Assembly: GCA_028691595.1 (NCBI GenBank)
Contig: JAQUZA010000002.1
Location: forward strand, 1 to 38,425
DNA from: Candidatus Rifleibacteriota bacterium
Lineage (GTDB): Bacteria; Muiribacteriota; Ozemobacteria; Ozemobacterales; Ozemobacteraceae
Direction: 5' to 3'
Length of the DNA: 38,425 nucleotides
The notes beneath the pieces are model-generated. The model was not told the DNA's origin, made no database searches, and saw nothing but the letters and a program-made list of their open reading frames with translations. Made by a program: the position numbers and the translations under genes. Shown here piece by piece: positions 18,240 through 27,969 of the stretch (the first letter of the stretch is position 1; each line of letters opens with the position of its first letter).

Positions 18240-18330
18240 AAAGTATGCCCGCAGCAAAATAATCACTTTGTTTTGCCGGTTATTTCTGGTATAAAAGTAA
18301 ACCATCATACATTAAAAGGCTTGCTGTATA

Positions 18331-18852
18331 ATGTCACAGATTCTTCCTTTAATCAGAAGGCTGGCGCAGAACGCCGCAGATCGAAGTGGCGATGGCCGGC
18401 TCGAAAAATTTTTTATCTTCCGATTTGCCGCCAGGTCATACGCCATTCCCGCAGTCGATGTAACTGAAGTCACCGTGCCGGGTTCACTCATCGAGATTGC
18501 CCAGAAGTCTGAACCGGTTATCGGCGTTGTTAACGTTCGTGGCACGGTAATTCCCGTGGTGAACCTGCGCGGCCGCATTGGCATAGATACCGCCTATCTG
18601 GTGAACGAAAACTCACGCCTGCTCATTTTTACCGTCCGGCCAAACTCTTTTGTCGCGATGATCGCTGACGACATCGAATACAGATTGCGTGAAGGCATTA
18701 TTGAACCGATTCTTCCCAATATTGCCGACCCCCAGGAAAAATTTTTCCGGACTGCTGTGATCGATAATCAGCGTTTTCCGGTTTTCATGATTGATACCTG
18801 GCTTGAAAAACCTGAGTTTGAAATTCTTCAGAATGTGGTAGAATCTTACTGA
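18331..18852 (+). CDS. CheW-like coupling-domain protein
   Basis: 173 aa. [23 protein letters not shown]...[22 protein letters not shown]...LLIFTV matches the CheW pattern (f..F.l....yai.i..V.Ei......i.GvinlRG.viPvvdLr). Confidence 0.75.
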   Translation: MSQILPLIRRLAQNAADRSGDGRLEKFFIFRFAARSYAIPAVDVTEVTVPGSLIEIAQKSEPVIGVVNVRGTVIPVVNLRGRIGIDTAYLVNENSRLLIFTVRPNSFVAMIADDIEYRLREGIIEPILPNIADPQEKFFRTAVIDNQRFPVFMIDTWLEKPEFEILQNVVESY

Positions 18853-18875
18853 AAATTTGCATGGAGGTCATGAAA

Positions 18876-19034
18876 ATGGCTAAGTATGTTTGCACCGTTT
18901 GTGGTTATGAATACGATCCCGCCGTCGGTGATCCCGATGGTGGAATTGCTCCCGGCACCGCATTTGAAGATATCCCGGAAGACTGGGTCTGCCCTGCCTG
19001 CGGAGTCAGCAAAGACCAGTTCGAAAAAATCTGA
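18876..19034 (+). CDS. Rubredoxin (52 aa; below the length cut-off of the supplied ORF track)
   Basis: Hand translation gives [52 protein letters not shown], with the two CxxCG knuckles and the conserved Y.Y.P..GD / F.D.P.DW.CP.CG pattern. GGAGG (18863-18867) lies 8 nt upstream. In-frame ATGs at 18861 and 18870 are alternative starts. TGA at 19032-19034. Confidence 0.85.
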   Translation: MAKYVCTVCGYEYDPAVGDPDGGIAPGTAFEDIPEDWVCPACGVSKDQFEKI

Positions 19035-19054
19035 TCTGATGCCTTTATTTAAAA

Positions 19055-19088
19055 GGGCCTGCAGCTTTGTCTGCAGGCCCTTTTCTCT
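19055..19088 (+). terminator. Intrinsic terminator after rubredoxin
   Basis: GGGCCTGCAG-CTTTGT-CTGCAGGCCC (perfect 10-bp stem) followed by TTTTCTCTT. Confidence 0.8.
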
Positions 19089-19180
19089 TCATTCAAGAGT
19101 TTCACATGGAACATTTGCTGAAAAGTCGTTACTTCTGCCTACCTTGGTTCGTATCTTGAGTCCGACAGGAGGGGGAGTTC

Positions 19181-22027
19181 TTGCTTAAAAATTACTGGCT
19201 TGGTCTTCTTGCCAGAACTGTATATGGGTTAATTCTGCCGGCATTTCTGCTGCATCTCGCCTTATCAAGCCATTTTGGTCTGGTGCGTGAGCGGCAGATA
19301 GAGTCATGGCGGCAGAAAATGCATGATTCCCTTGATAACCTAAGTAATTATTACCAGGATGATCAGTTCTTTCATGGGTTGCTGCAGACGAATTTTGCCG
19401 CGGCCGATAAAAGTTCCGAGCCCCTCGATGTTATTGCCGGGCGTATTTCAACGCTTAAAAACAGTTTTCCGGGCCTGCTGCGTTTTATTGTTCTCGATAA
19501 AGATGGCCGCATCATCAAGCACCTGTCTGATGAAAACCGTTTTCAATACGTGTTCAAGACCCTTCATCAGACGTTGGGCGAACCCGAATCAATTTATCAG
19601 AGTGGCCGTATCGGCTTGTTGCGCGGTTACTTTGGTCAGTTTCTGATGGAAAAACATCTGTCGGTTCCCCTGCGTCGTGGCTATCTTGGCAGTTGTATCA
19701 GAGCCTCAGAAGACCCACAAAAAGCTCTGCTCTGGTATCAAAGCTATCAGGGAAACCTGTTGATCTGCTTTGTCGGCCGACCGCTGCCCGGCAGGCATAC
19801 AGGCCCGCGCCTCATCGTTGACGGTTTTAATCGTCGCAGTTCTGATCTTCAGCTTGGCTATTTTGACCCGAGTCTGCAGTCTGTTTATGGCCTTGCCGAT
19901 GCGCCAGATCTTGAAGGAGAAGTGGTGATAGAAGCCACGGCTTACTCTAATTCGGCCATCGAATTCAGAAAAACCCCTCATCAGCTGTTGCTTTTCAGAC
20001 AGGTTTCGCCAAGACTGGTAATCTTCAGCCGCCTGGCAAACCAGTTTCACCTGATAGATATCGATAATGAAGTGAGCCGGGTGATGTTCGGGTTGCTCAA
20101 GTGGCTGATTGCAGCGGCCTTCGTTTTTAAGGTTCTTTCTTTGCATTCAAGCAGTCTGTACCTTTCCATCAGGCAGAAACTGCTGCTGCTTTTTCTTTTC
20201 GCTAACGGCTTGCCCCTGATGATTCTGACTGCAACCGGCTATGAATACTTCGAACAGAAAAAAAGTGCTCTGATCAATGCAGTTCATCAACAGTCTTCCC
20301 GGCTTATCAAAGACTTTGACGGTCGCTACCCAGCCGGTCGTGAACTGATGGCTGACAAGCTCAATGACCTGATTCAGCGCAAAAATAAAGATGCCGGATC
20401 GGCAGTGTGGTCGAATAACTCAATCAAAGAACTGGCCGAACTGGTTGACTATTTCCGCCCCAGCGAAAATTACCTTTTTACCACCGCCGGTGAGCAGTTG
20501 ATGCAAAGAAAAACCAATGTCCTGCCAAACTCAGATAAATTCATCCGGGATTTTTTCAGAGGAACCCTTGAATTCTTTAATAATAGGGCAGAAATCTTTT
20601 CTGCCAGCCGAAAAACCATGCTCGAACAGATTTCTGACGAAGCAACTGTCTATCACAGCGTTCTGCGCCAGATTAGCCGGATCGAGCAGCAAAACTATGG
20701 TTCCGGCCTTCACTGGACTTATCTCAACCTTCTTGGTGACCGTGAGAATTTTAAATCGTGGGGATTTGTCGTGGTTGCCTGGAAACCGGAAGAACTACAG
20801 CAGGCCTATCTGAAAGAACAGCTTGCGGCCCTTAATGCCAGAATTGCTCCGCATCAGATTTTTGTCATGGAAACCGGTTCTGAGACGATACTTCCTGAAT
20901 TGACTTCAGGAGATAAGAATCTGAGGCGTATCATGCATCGAACCAGGAGCCGGAAACTTATAACCGAGAATAATCTGCTGTTGAACGGAGAAGAATATAT
21001 TGCCACGGCTTTAAAGGGCATTGAACTCGCTGATGCAGTAATTATGGCCGTTTACCCGAGAAAAATTATTCTCGACCGGATTAATAACCTTTTTTCAAAC
21101 GTCATTCTGGCTGCTTTGGCAAGCCTGCTGCTTGTTGCCATAATTGTGGTATTTTTTTCACGCCGGTTGCTTGTGCCAATTTCGGGGCTGGCCGAAGGTG
21201 TCAGAGCAATAGCCAGAAGAGATTTCAAGCACCGCATCGATTTCGTTTCCAAAGACGAGTTTGGCCAGTTGATTGGTGTTTTTAATGATACGATTGCCGG
21301 CATGCAGGAAATCGCCGTGGGAACAGCGGTACAGAAAAGTCTTCTTCCCCCGGGTAAATGCCACGCCGGCAAGTTTTCTCTTTATGCCAGATCTGAATTC
21401 ATGAGCCGTATGGGTGGAGACTATTTTGATTACTTCAAACTGCCAGAAGAACGGCTTGGCGTATTTTTTGGCGACGTTGCCGGACACGGTATACCTGCGG
21501 CTCTGGTCATGTCGATGGCAAAAGCGGTTGTGGCCAATGCCAGGGCTGCTTTTAACGGCCCGGCAGCTTTGTTACATCGCGCCAATTCAATTTTTCTGCA
21601 CCTCAAAGAAAAGGGCTGGCGGCGCATGATGACCGCCCAGTGCCTTGAACTCGACTGTAACAGCGGAAAATTCAAGCTGGCCAATGCCGGGCAGTGTTTT
21701 CCGGTCATTGTTGGTGAGGATCGTGCCGGTGTGACATATGTTAAGGCCGTCGGCATGCCCCTTGGCAACGTAACAAGAAAACCATATGCTGAAATTACCG
21801 GAGAATTGAAACCCGGTGATACTCTGATTCTCTACACAGATGGGATAATAGAAGCCACAGATGCCTCCGGTAATGTTTTTGATTTTGCGGGTTTCGAAAA
21901 ATTACTGCTCGCCAGCTGGAACTCAGATCTTGAAGTCTGGTGGCAGGATATTTTCAATGGATACTCAGGGTTTGCCGCGGCCCAGGATGACGATGTCACA
22001 ATGCTGATGCTAAAATATGAAAAATAG
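19181..22027 (+). CDS. Membrane receptor A1: 4 TM helices, two large non-cytoplasmic domains, HAMP linker, SpoIIE/PP2C-type Ser/Thr phosphatase domain (motifs intact)
   Basis: 948 aa. TTG start with AGGAGGGGGAG at 19167-19177. TM segments near residues 8-30, 300-322, 335-356 and 635-660. HAMP-like LLVPISGLAEGVRAIARRDFKHRIDFVSKDEFGQLIGVFNDTIAGM. Phosphatase motifs GGDYFDY, FFGDVAGHGIPAA, ANAGQ, LILYTDGIIEA, AQDDDVT. Confidence 0.85.
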   Translation: MLKNYWLGLLARTVYGLILPAFLLHLALSSHFGLVRERQIESWRQKMHDSLDNLSNYYQDDQFFHGLLQTNFAAADKSSEPLDVIAGRISTLKNSFPGLLRFIVLDKDGRIIKHLSDENRFQYVFKTLHQTLGEPESIYQSGRIGLLRGYFGQFLMEKHLSVPLRRGYLGSCIRASEDPQKALLWYQSYQGNLLICFVGRPLPGRHTGPRLIVDGFNRRSSDLQLGYFDPSLQSVYGLADAPDLEGEVVIEATAYSNSAIEFRKTPHQLLLFRQVSPRLVIFSRLANQFHLIDIDNEVSRVMFGLLKWLIAAAFVFKVLSLHSSSLYLSIRQKLLLLFLFANGLPLMILTATGYEYFEQKKSALINAVHQQSSRLIKDFDGRYPAGRELMADKLNDLIQRKNKDAGSAVWSNNSIKELAELVDYFRPSENYLFTTAGEQLMQRKTNVLPNSDKFIRDFFRGTLEFFNNRAEIFSASRKTMLEQISDEATVYHSVLRQISRIEQQNYGSGLHWTYLNLLGDRENFKSWGFVVVAWKPEELQQAYLKEQLAALNARIAPHQIFVMETGSETILPELTSGDKNLRRIMHRTRSRKLITENNLLLNGEEYIATALKGIELADAVIMAVYPRKIILDRINNLFSNVILAALASLLLVAIIVVFFSRRLLVPISGLAEGVRAIARRDFKHRIDFVSKDEFGQLIGVFNDTIAGMQEIAVGTAVQKSLLPPGKCHAGKFSLYARSEFMSRMGGDYFDYFKLPEERLGVFFGDVAGHGIPAALVMSMAKAVVANARAAFNGPAALLHRANSIFLHLKEKGWRRMMTAQCLELDCNSGKFKLANAGQCFPVIVGEDRAGVTYVKAVGMPLGNVTRKPYAEITGELKPGDTLILYTDGIIEATDASGNVFDFAGFEKLLLASWNSDLEVWWQDIFNGYSGFAAAQDDDVTMLMLKYEK

Positions 22028-24941
22028 TGAAACAAAAATCTGTAGCGACATAACCGCCTGGCTGGCGTTTGTCTTTTTTATGGTGCTGCTGCCTCTTATC
22101 GGCGGCTGGCAGGGCTGGCGATATGTTGAAACAATGCGGCGTGAAAGTAGATTACGCCAGTTTCAGGTTGAGACCACCAATAAAATTGAACATCTGCAGC
22201 TCGCCGTAGACAGTGGCAAATATGCCTGCCTGCGTATAAATGAAGTTTTTGAGAGCAGTTCAAGCTGTGAAGATCTGAAGACCGGCATCGAAAAACTGAA
22301 TCGCGAAATGTCGCTTGAACTTAAATACCTGATCTGGGACGACAAAGGCGGCGTTTATACGTCGAATTTTGATCATGCCGGTCTAAATGCCGACTGGGTT
22401 CTTGCCTTTTCCACATTTCAATCTATCCTTACAGGAAAAGGCGGAACAAAATCGGCTTCTTCGACCGCCAACCTGCGGCGAATCTACGGGCCCCAGTTTT
22501 TGCCGGAGGTATTCACTGAGTGTTATAACGGCCGGCATATTCAGCCTCTTTATGGCGATTCAACCTCTGATGGCAGGCTTTCCTGGGTCAAAATACGCAA
22601 GAGAAAGCTTGGCCTGAGCATATTCTTTTCGCGCCGGGCCCTTGAAGGAATGCCAGGTATCGATCATCAGATCATCGAAGTTACCAGAAATTCGCCAATG
22701 CAGATTCTGACGATTCGCGATGGTGTACTGAGAGTCCCGGCCGGTCTGGAACTGTCTGAAGATGATAAAAAAAGAATATGTGAAAGCAGGCAAAGCCCTT
22801 TCAGAATAAACGGCTGGTATGTTTTTAAAGGGCTTATTCATACTAGCATCGATGCCGTCTGCCTTTTACCGGCGAGCGTTATCGAAAGCTCTTCGTCGAC
22901 CTCTTTATGGCAAATTTTTCTGTCAGGGCTGTTGTTGCTGACAATCTGGCTGGTTTATCACAGTTTCATGGTCTTTTGCCGGGGTCGAAATACAAAACTG
23001 AGTATCAGAAAACAGCTTATAATACTGTTCGTTCTCTCTAATGCTTTGTCGCTAAGCATTCTTGCCATTCTCGGGTATGATTACCTCAAAGAATTCGAAA
23101 CCAGCCTGCAGGCCGAAGCTTTCAGCAGCGGCATGACTTATCTTCAGAGTATTGACGAGATGCATGTTTCTGAAATGTCGCTGCAACTGCGGCGTATCGA
23201 AAAGGCCATTGCTGAGCTCGAAAACTCTCTGAAAAGCGGTCCACCTGACAAACAGATGCTGGTTCGTTTTCTTGATGCCCAGAGGCCTGCGCCTTTCAGA
23301 TTAATTCTGGTCGGCAGCCATACTCCATTCATCGGCAGTGAATATGGAATAATGAAAGACGGTGAATTTGTCGACCTGATTCGCGAATTTGAAGGCTTTG
23401 ACAAGCAGATGAAGATTCTTGTCGATGCAATGGGTAAGCTTGGGCGTTACTACCTTTCAATGCTTAACCGCGAGAGTCTCGAAGAAATGGTGGTTACCCA
23501 GGTTGAGCTTATTGCCGAATCTCTGGGGCAACTGCGATCGATTGAGATGTTTCAGGAGTTTTTTGCAGCCACCGGGTCTTTCTGGCAGTGGGGAATGGGC
23601 TGGCGCTATTACCCGGCTTTCATTCAAGTGCTCAACCTTTTTGGCAACATGTCAGACTATGTTTTTCTCTACCTCTGGGAACCCAGAGCCCTCGAATTTG
23701 CCTATCTGACCAGGCTTTACTCTGACCTTAACCGTAATCCACTCGGTTTGAAAATTATGGGCGTGCATGAAGATTTCAGATACTCGTTTCCGCCAGAACT
23801 GCTGCAGAATGAGCAGCTGCTGGCTTACTCGGGCAGACTGCGTGAAAAAACCGGAACTGAAATAGATTTCTGTGACTGGAACGGGCAAAAGCATCTGCTC
23901 ATGGGTCTTAAATGCTCATCGCTTGCAAGTATGCGTCTTCTGGGGCTTTTTCCGGTCAGTTCTATCGAACAACGTCTCCGCGAAAAATTCTGGCTTTTTT
24001 GCGCTCTCGGAATGGTCAGCATGCTGGTGTCACTGGCCCTGAGCCTGGTGGTTTCCCGCTCTATTCTGCGACCCCTGGGTGAATTGCAGACCGGGGTTCT
24101 GGCTTTGCAGAAACAGGATTTTGCCTATCGGCTTCCTGACCTTGGCGGCGATGAATTCGGCCATCTGGCACAGATTTTCAATACCACCCTGGTTGATCTC
24201 GAAGAGCTGCACACTGCCTCGATGGTTCAAGAGAAGCTCATCGACAATATGAGCGAAATTCAACAGCATGGCTCATTGAGATTTTTCGGTCAAAGCCGCG
24301 CTTTGACGAATTTCGGCGGAGATTTCATGGCAGTTAATCCTTTTGCTTCAAGATACCTGGGTATCTTTATCGGCGATGTTGCCGGCAGTGGCGTGGCTTC
24401 AACCTTGATTATGGCTTTTGTTAAAGCCTGTATCATGCAGCTTGAAGACCTTTATTCTGATCCTGGTGCCGTGCTGGCACGTATCGATATGCTGTTGCGC
24501 TCATGCAGCAGCGAAACCCGCCAGCGCAATTTTATGTCGCTGCAATACGCTCTTCTCGATGCCGAAACAAACGTTGTAACAATTGCCAGTGCCGGCCATT
24601 GCTACCCTCTGTTGCTGCAAACCGATGGCTGTAAGGTCATTGATATGCCTTCAACCCCTCTGGGAGCCGGCAAAAATCTTAAAGTGGCCCGATGTGAAGT
24701 CAGCCTGAAACAGGGAGAAAAGCTGGTGCTCTACACGGCCGGGCTCTACAGAAATGCTGAACTCGGCTTTGAAGAACTCGTCAATCTGATTGCCGGAACA
24801 GACGAACCCTGCCCTGAAAAATTCTGTCGCAGCGTTGATAAAACACTTGAACATATCAGGGCTGGCCGGCCCGGAAACGACGATCAGACGATTGTGGTCA
24901 TTGCTGCATCTGCCAGTCAGATTGAACAACTTGAAGGGTAA
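22017..24941 (+). CDS. Membrane receptor B1: same architecture as A1, HAMP plus SpoIIE/PP2C-like domain with one acidic motif substituted
   Basis: 974 aa. The ATG at 22017 overlaps the A1 3' end by 11 nt. HAMP-like LRPLGELQTGVLALQKQDFAYRLPDLGGDEFGHLAQIFNTTLVDL. GGDFMAV, FIGDVAGSGVAS, ASAGH and GNDDQT are kept, but LYTDG is replaced by LYTAG. Confidence 0.85.
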   Translation: MKNSETKICSDITAWLAFVFFMVLLPLIGGWQGWRYVETMRRESRLRQFQVETTNKIEHLQLAVDSGKYACLRINEVFESSSSCEDLKTGIEKLNREMSLELKYLIWDDKGGVYTSNFDHAGLNADWVLAFSTFQSILTGKGGTKSASSTANLRRIYGPQFLPEVFTECYNGRHIQPLYGDSTSDGRLSWVKIRKRKLGLSIFFSRRALEGMPGIDHQIIEVTRNSPMQILTIRDGVLRVPAGLELSEDDKKRICESRQSPFRINGWYVFKGLIHTSIDAVCLLPASVIESSSSTSLWQIFLSGLLLLTIWLVYHSFMVFCRGRNTKLSIRKQLIILFVLSNALSLSILAILGYDYLKEFETSLQAEAFSSGMTYLQSIDEMHVSEMSLQLRRIEKAIAELENSLKSGPPDKQMLVRFLDAQRPAPFRLILVGSHTPFIGSEYGIMKDGEFVDLIREFEGFDKQMKILVDAMGKLGRYYLSMLNRESLEEMVVTQVELIAESLGQLRSIEMFQEFFAATGSFWQWGMGWRYYPAFIQVLNLFGNMSDYVFLYLWEPRALEFAYLTRLYSDLNRNPLGLKIMGVHEDFRYSFPPELLQNEQLLAYSGRLREKTGTEIDFCDWNGQKHLLMGLKCSSLASMRLLGLFPVSSIEQRLREKFWLFCALGMVSMLVSLALSLVVSRSILRPLGELQTGVLALQKQDFAYRLPDLGGDEFGHLAQIFNTTLVDLEELHTASMVQEKLIDNMSEIQQHGSLRFFGQSRALTNFGGDFMAVNPFASRYLGIFIGDVAGSGVASTLIMAFVKACIMQLEDLYSDPGAVLARIDMLLRSCSSETRQRNFMSLQYALLDAETNVVTIASAGHCYPLLLQTDGCKVIDMPSTPLGAGKNLKVARCEVSLKQGEKLVLYTAGLYRNAELGFEELVNLIAGTDEPCPEKFCRSVDKTLEHIRAGRPGNDDQTIVVIAASASQIEQLEG

Positions 24942-24972
24942 TTATCCCGATGTACGGTTTGCCGGAAAAAGG

Positions 24973-24978
24973 TATAAT
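24973..24978 (+). promoter_or_regulatory. -10 element (TATAAT) in the spacer between the two receptor gene pairs
   Basis: GGTATAAT at 24971-24978, 82 nt upstream of the A2 ATG. Only a poor -35 (TGTACG) is present. Confidence 0.35.
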
Positions 24979-25059
24979 TATCTTTAGATGTTTCTCTGTT
25001 GCCGCGCTTGTTCTGTGACTGATAAACGTTCGGTAAGAATTAGACTATAAAGGATAAAA

Positions 25060-27969
25060 ATGCCGGGATTTTTACAGAAAATGACCAGATGGGCGGCTTT
25101 GGCGGCCTTTGGTCTGCTGCTGCCCTGCTGGCTCGCCTGGTCGATGCTGATCAGCCATTTTCAGCTGCAGAGAAACCAGGCTGCCGAAGAGGTTTTTGAT
25201 CATCTTTCACAGCATCTGGTTACCCTTGAGAATTATCATGATGACCGGGTGTTTTTTCATGCTCTCCTGCAGAAAAATTTTGCCGGCATCGACAATAAAC
25301 CCGAATCGGCGCAGTTGCTTGCCAGAAAGATCGCCGCCTTTCGCCGCCTGTTTTCGGGGCGGCTCAAATTCATCGTTTACGGTTCAGATGGCTCCATAAA
25401 CCGTGATTTAACTGATGAAAAAAGATTTCATTACATTCTTAAAGCCATGTTTATCGTTATGCACGAGCTGAAAAAGCTCTACGTCTCAGATACTGATGCC
25501 GACCCTTCATCTTCTGCGGCCGTTACCTCTCGCATGACGCTTTTGCGCGGCTATTTCGGTTCTTTTCTTGACCAGAAACTTATGCTTGAACCATTTCGTT
25601 CAGAGTACCAGGGGCGTTGCCTGTTTGTCAGTGACGAACCAGATAAGCACCTTCTCTGGTACTATCCTGGCACAGACTTTTCTCTGGCCTGTTTTGTCGA
25701 TAAGGCACTTCTCGGCAAAAACCTCGGGCCGCAGATGATCATCAGAAAGTTTAACTCCAGGGGCTCAGAGGCACGGCTTGGCTATATTCAAACCATCTCC
25801 TACAAGAGCTTTGGATTACCGCCTGACCCCGCTGCCGAAACTGAGATCAAGCTCGAGGCCGCAAAATTCGAGAGCTATGCCATCGCCTCGCGTGAAAGCC
25901 GCAATTTTTTCGTGCAATTTCGCCAGACTTCGCCTGAGATGATTGTTGTCAGTTATCAGAGCAGCAAGAATCTGGCTTCACCATCTGTCGCCGCTGTTTC
26001 AGCGTTGTTTGGCCCTTCAAGATGGTTGGTGCTGTCATTTTTTCTGGTTTTTGTCTGCAGTCTTCGTTATCGAAGATTTGCCATGCCTGTGCAGCAGAAG
26101 ATTCTGGTGTTGTTTCTTTTTGCCAATGGCCTGCCTCTGCTGATGATGGCTTCGACAGGTTATGAATTTTTCAATGAGAAGAAAAAAGACCTTGTTAATG
26201 CCACCCACAATGAATCTGTGAGAATTCTTAAAGAATTCGATGTCCGCTTCCCTGAAGTTCAATCAAGGCTGGCCCGTGAATTGAACGCCTTTATCGATGA
26301 ACGTAATCGTCTTTATAAGGGTAACCGCTGGCCGGTTGCCGAAATTGAAAGCCTGAAGCAATTGACCGCCCGCATTGCACCCCAGGAAGGAATCCTTCTC
26401 AACGATGAGGGTAACTTGGTTTTTAAGCTGTCGCTGGCCTTCAACAGCTCTGGCAACATGATGAAGGATCTGTTGCTGAAAGGCCTGGATTTTTTTAACA
26501 AAACCAATCTGCAGCAAAGTTCTCGTATCAGCAAGACCCTGCTTGACGATATTTCTTCTGAAGACCTTCTTTTACACGATTTTCTCTGGTATCTGGGCCG
26601 ATTTGTGGTCTTGAGTGCCGGAGACACCGGTCGCACATCATATATGCGCCTGCTGGGCGGTAATGAGCCCGGCAGCGAGGAATATCACGCCTGGGGAGCA
26701 TATGCCATTACCTGGAACCCGACCGCCTTCATGCGCACTTTTATTCGCGAAAAGCTTCTTGAAACCTCCGGGGCAATTTCTCCAAGACAACTGCTTGTTT
26801 TTGACCGGCTCAATGAAAGTATCTTCTCGCTAAAACCAGCTGATAACCGCGATATACGCCGCCTTTTCAGGCGAACTGTCAGCAGAAAACTGGTAACCTA
26901 TGAAAATCTTGAAATTGACGGGCAAAAATATCTCTTCACATCGATTGCCGGCAATGAAATTGCTGATGGCATTCTGGCGGCGATTTATCCTCAGAGCCTG
27001 ATCGATGAAAAGATCGATGCTTTAAAAGTGACTTTTCTGGTGGTTGGCCTGATTATGGCCTTTATTCTTTTCAGAGTGGCCCGGGTTTTTGCAGCCAGGT
27101 TGCTGGTGCCCGTTCTTGAACTCGATAAGGGTATTGCCCACATGCGTTCAAGAGATTTTGACTACCGCATCAGTTACAGATCAGCTGATGAGTTTGGCCT
27201 GCTTATCAATACTTTTAATCGCACCCTCGAAGGCATGAAAGAACTGGCTGTCGGCACAGCTGTTCAAGAAAGCCTTCTTCCATCAGGCCGCTTCGCTGAA
27301 GCAAAAACAGTGCTCTTTGCGCGGTCATTGTTCATGAGCAAAATGGGTGGTGACTATTTTGACTATTATTCGCTGCCGGAAAATAGACTTGGCATCTTTT
27401 TCGGTGATGTGGCCGGTCATGGTATTCCGGCTGCCATGATCATGGCAATGATCAAGGCTGTTATTGCCGCTGCCGATAAAACCGTCGCCGGGCCGCAGAA
27501 TCTGCTCGCCGGGGCTAACCAGGTGTTGCTTGAACTGAAAAAGCGCAACTGGCGGCGCATGATGACTGCGGTCTGCTTTGATTTTAACCTTCTAAGCGGC
27601 GAATTCACCTTTGCCAATGCCGGGCATTGTTACCCGGCCATTGTAAAATCAGGTGGTACAGACATCAGGATGCTCGAATTCGGCGGTATGCCTCTCGGCA
27701 GCAGCAGCAAAAAGCAGTTGCCGACAATAGCCGATCGTCTGGCACCTGGCGAAACACTCATTCTCTATACTGACGGTGTTGTTGAGGCTGTTGGCATGAA
27801 TGAAGAACAGTTTGGCTACCGGCGCTTTGCCACTTTGCTTCAAACTGCCTGGGATAAAGATCTGGAAGTATACTGGCAGAACATCATCGATGGCTATCGC
27901 AGCTGGGCAGTGGCTCAGGATGACGACCTTACCTTTCTGCTGCTGCGTCAGGGGGGCACCGATGACTGA
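25060..27969 (+). CDS. Membrane receptor A2: paralogue of A1 (HAMP plus intact SpoIIE/PP2C phosphatase)
   Basis: 969 aa. Shares long strings with A1 (LFLFANGLPL, AVGTAVQ.SLLP, GGDYFDY, FFGDVAGHGIPAA, WRRMMTA, TLILYTDG, AQDDD). AAAGGA lies 5 nt upstream of the ATG. Confidence 0.85.
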   Translation: MPGFLQKMTRWAALAAFGLLLPCWLAWSMLISHFQLQRNQAAEEVFDHLSQHLVTLENYHDDRVFFHALLQKNFAGIDNKPESAQLLARKIAAFRRLFSGRLKFIVYGSDGSINRDLTDEKRFHYILKAMFIVMHELKKLYVSDTDADPSSSAAVTSRMTLLRGYFGSFLDQKLMLEPFRSEYQGRCLFVSDEPDKHLLWYYPGTDFSLACFVDKALLGKNLGPQMIIRKFNSRGSEARLGYIQTISYKSFGLPPDPAAETEIKLEAAKFESYAIASRESRNFFVQFRQTSPEMIVVSYQSSKNLASPSVAAVSALFGPSRWLVLSFFLVFVCSLRYRRFAMPVQQKILVLFLFANGLPLLMMASTGYEFFNEKKKDLVNATHNESVRILKEFDVRFPEVQSRLARELNAFIDERNRLYKGNRWPVAEIESLKQLTARIAPQEGILLNDEGNLVFKLSLAFNSSGNMMKDLLLKGLDFFNKTNLQQSSRISKTLLDDISSEDLLLHDFLWYLGRFVVLSAGDTGRTSYMRLLGGNEPGSEEYHAWGAYAITWNPTAFMRTFIREKLLETSGAISPRQLLVFDRLNESIFSLKPADNRDIRRLFRRTVSRKLVTYENLEIDGQKYLFTSIAGNEIADGILAAIYPQSLIDEKIDALKVTFLVVGLIMAFILFRVARVFAARLLVPVLELDKGIAHMRSRDFDYRISYRSADEFGLLINTFNRTLEGMKELAVGTAVQESLLPSGRFAEAKTVLFARSLFMSKMGGDYFDYYSLPENRLGIFFGDVAGHGIPAAMIMAMIKAVIAAADKTVAGPQNLLAGANQVLLELKKRNWRRMMTAVCFDFNLLSGEFTFANAGHCYPAIVKSGGTDIRMLEFGGMPLGSSSKKQLPTIADRLAPGETLILYTDGVVEAVGMNEEQFGYRRFATLLQTAWDKDLEVYWQNIIDGYRSWAVAQDDDLTFLLLRQGGTDD

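Noticed and set aside
17808-18308. 166-aa minus-strand ORF, plus the ORFs at 17594..18019 and 17827..18231, overlapping rdgB
   Set aside because: rdgB motifs are clear on the plus strand. The overlapping frames show no motifs and have biased composition.
18886-19188. 100-aa listed ORF downstream of CheW
   Set aside because: It is out of frame with the clear rubredoxin coding sequence and reads through the 10-bp terminator hairpin.
27800-27961. 54-codon upstream extension of the B2 ORF as listed
   Set aside because: It lies entirely within the A2 coding sequence in another frame. The ATG at 27962 has a purine-rich RBS-like tract, an ATGACTGA coupling junction and yields an N-terminus parallel to B1.
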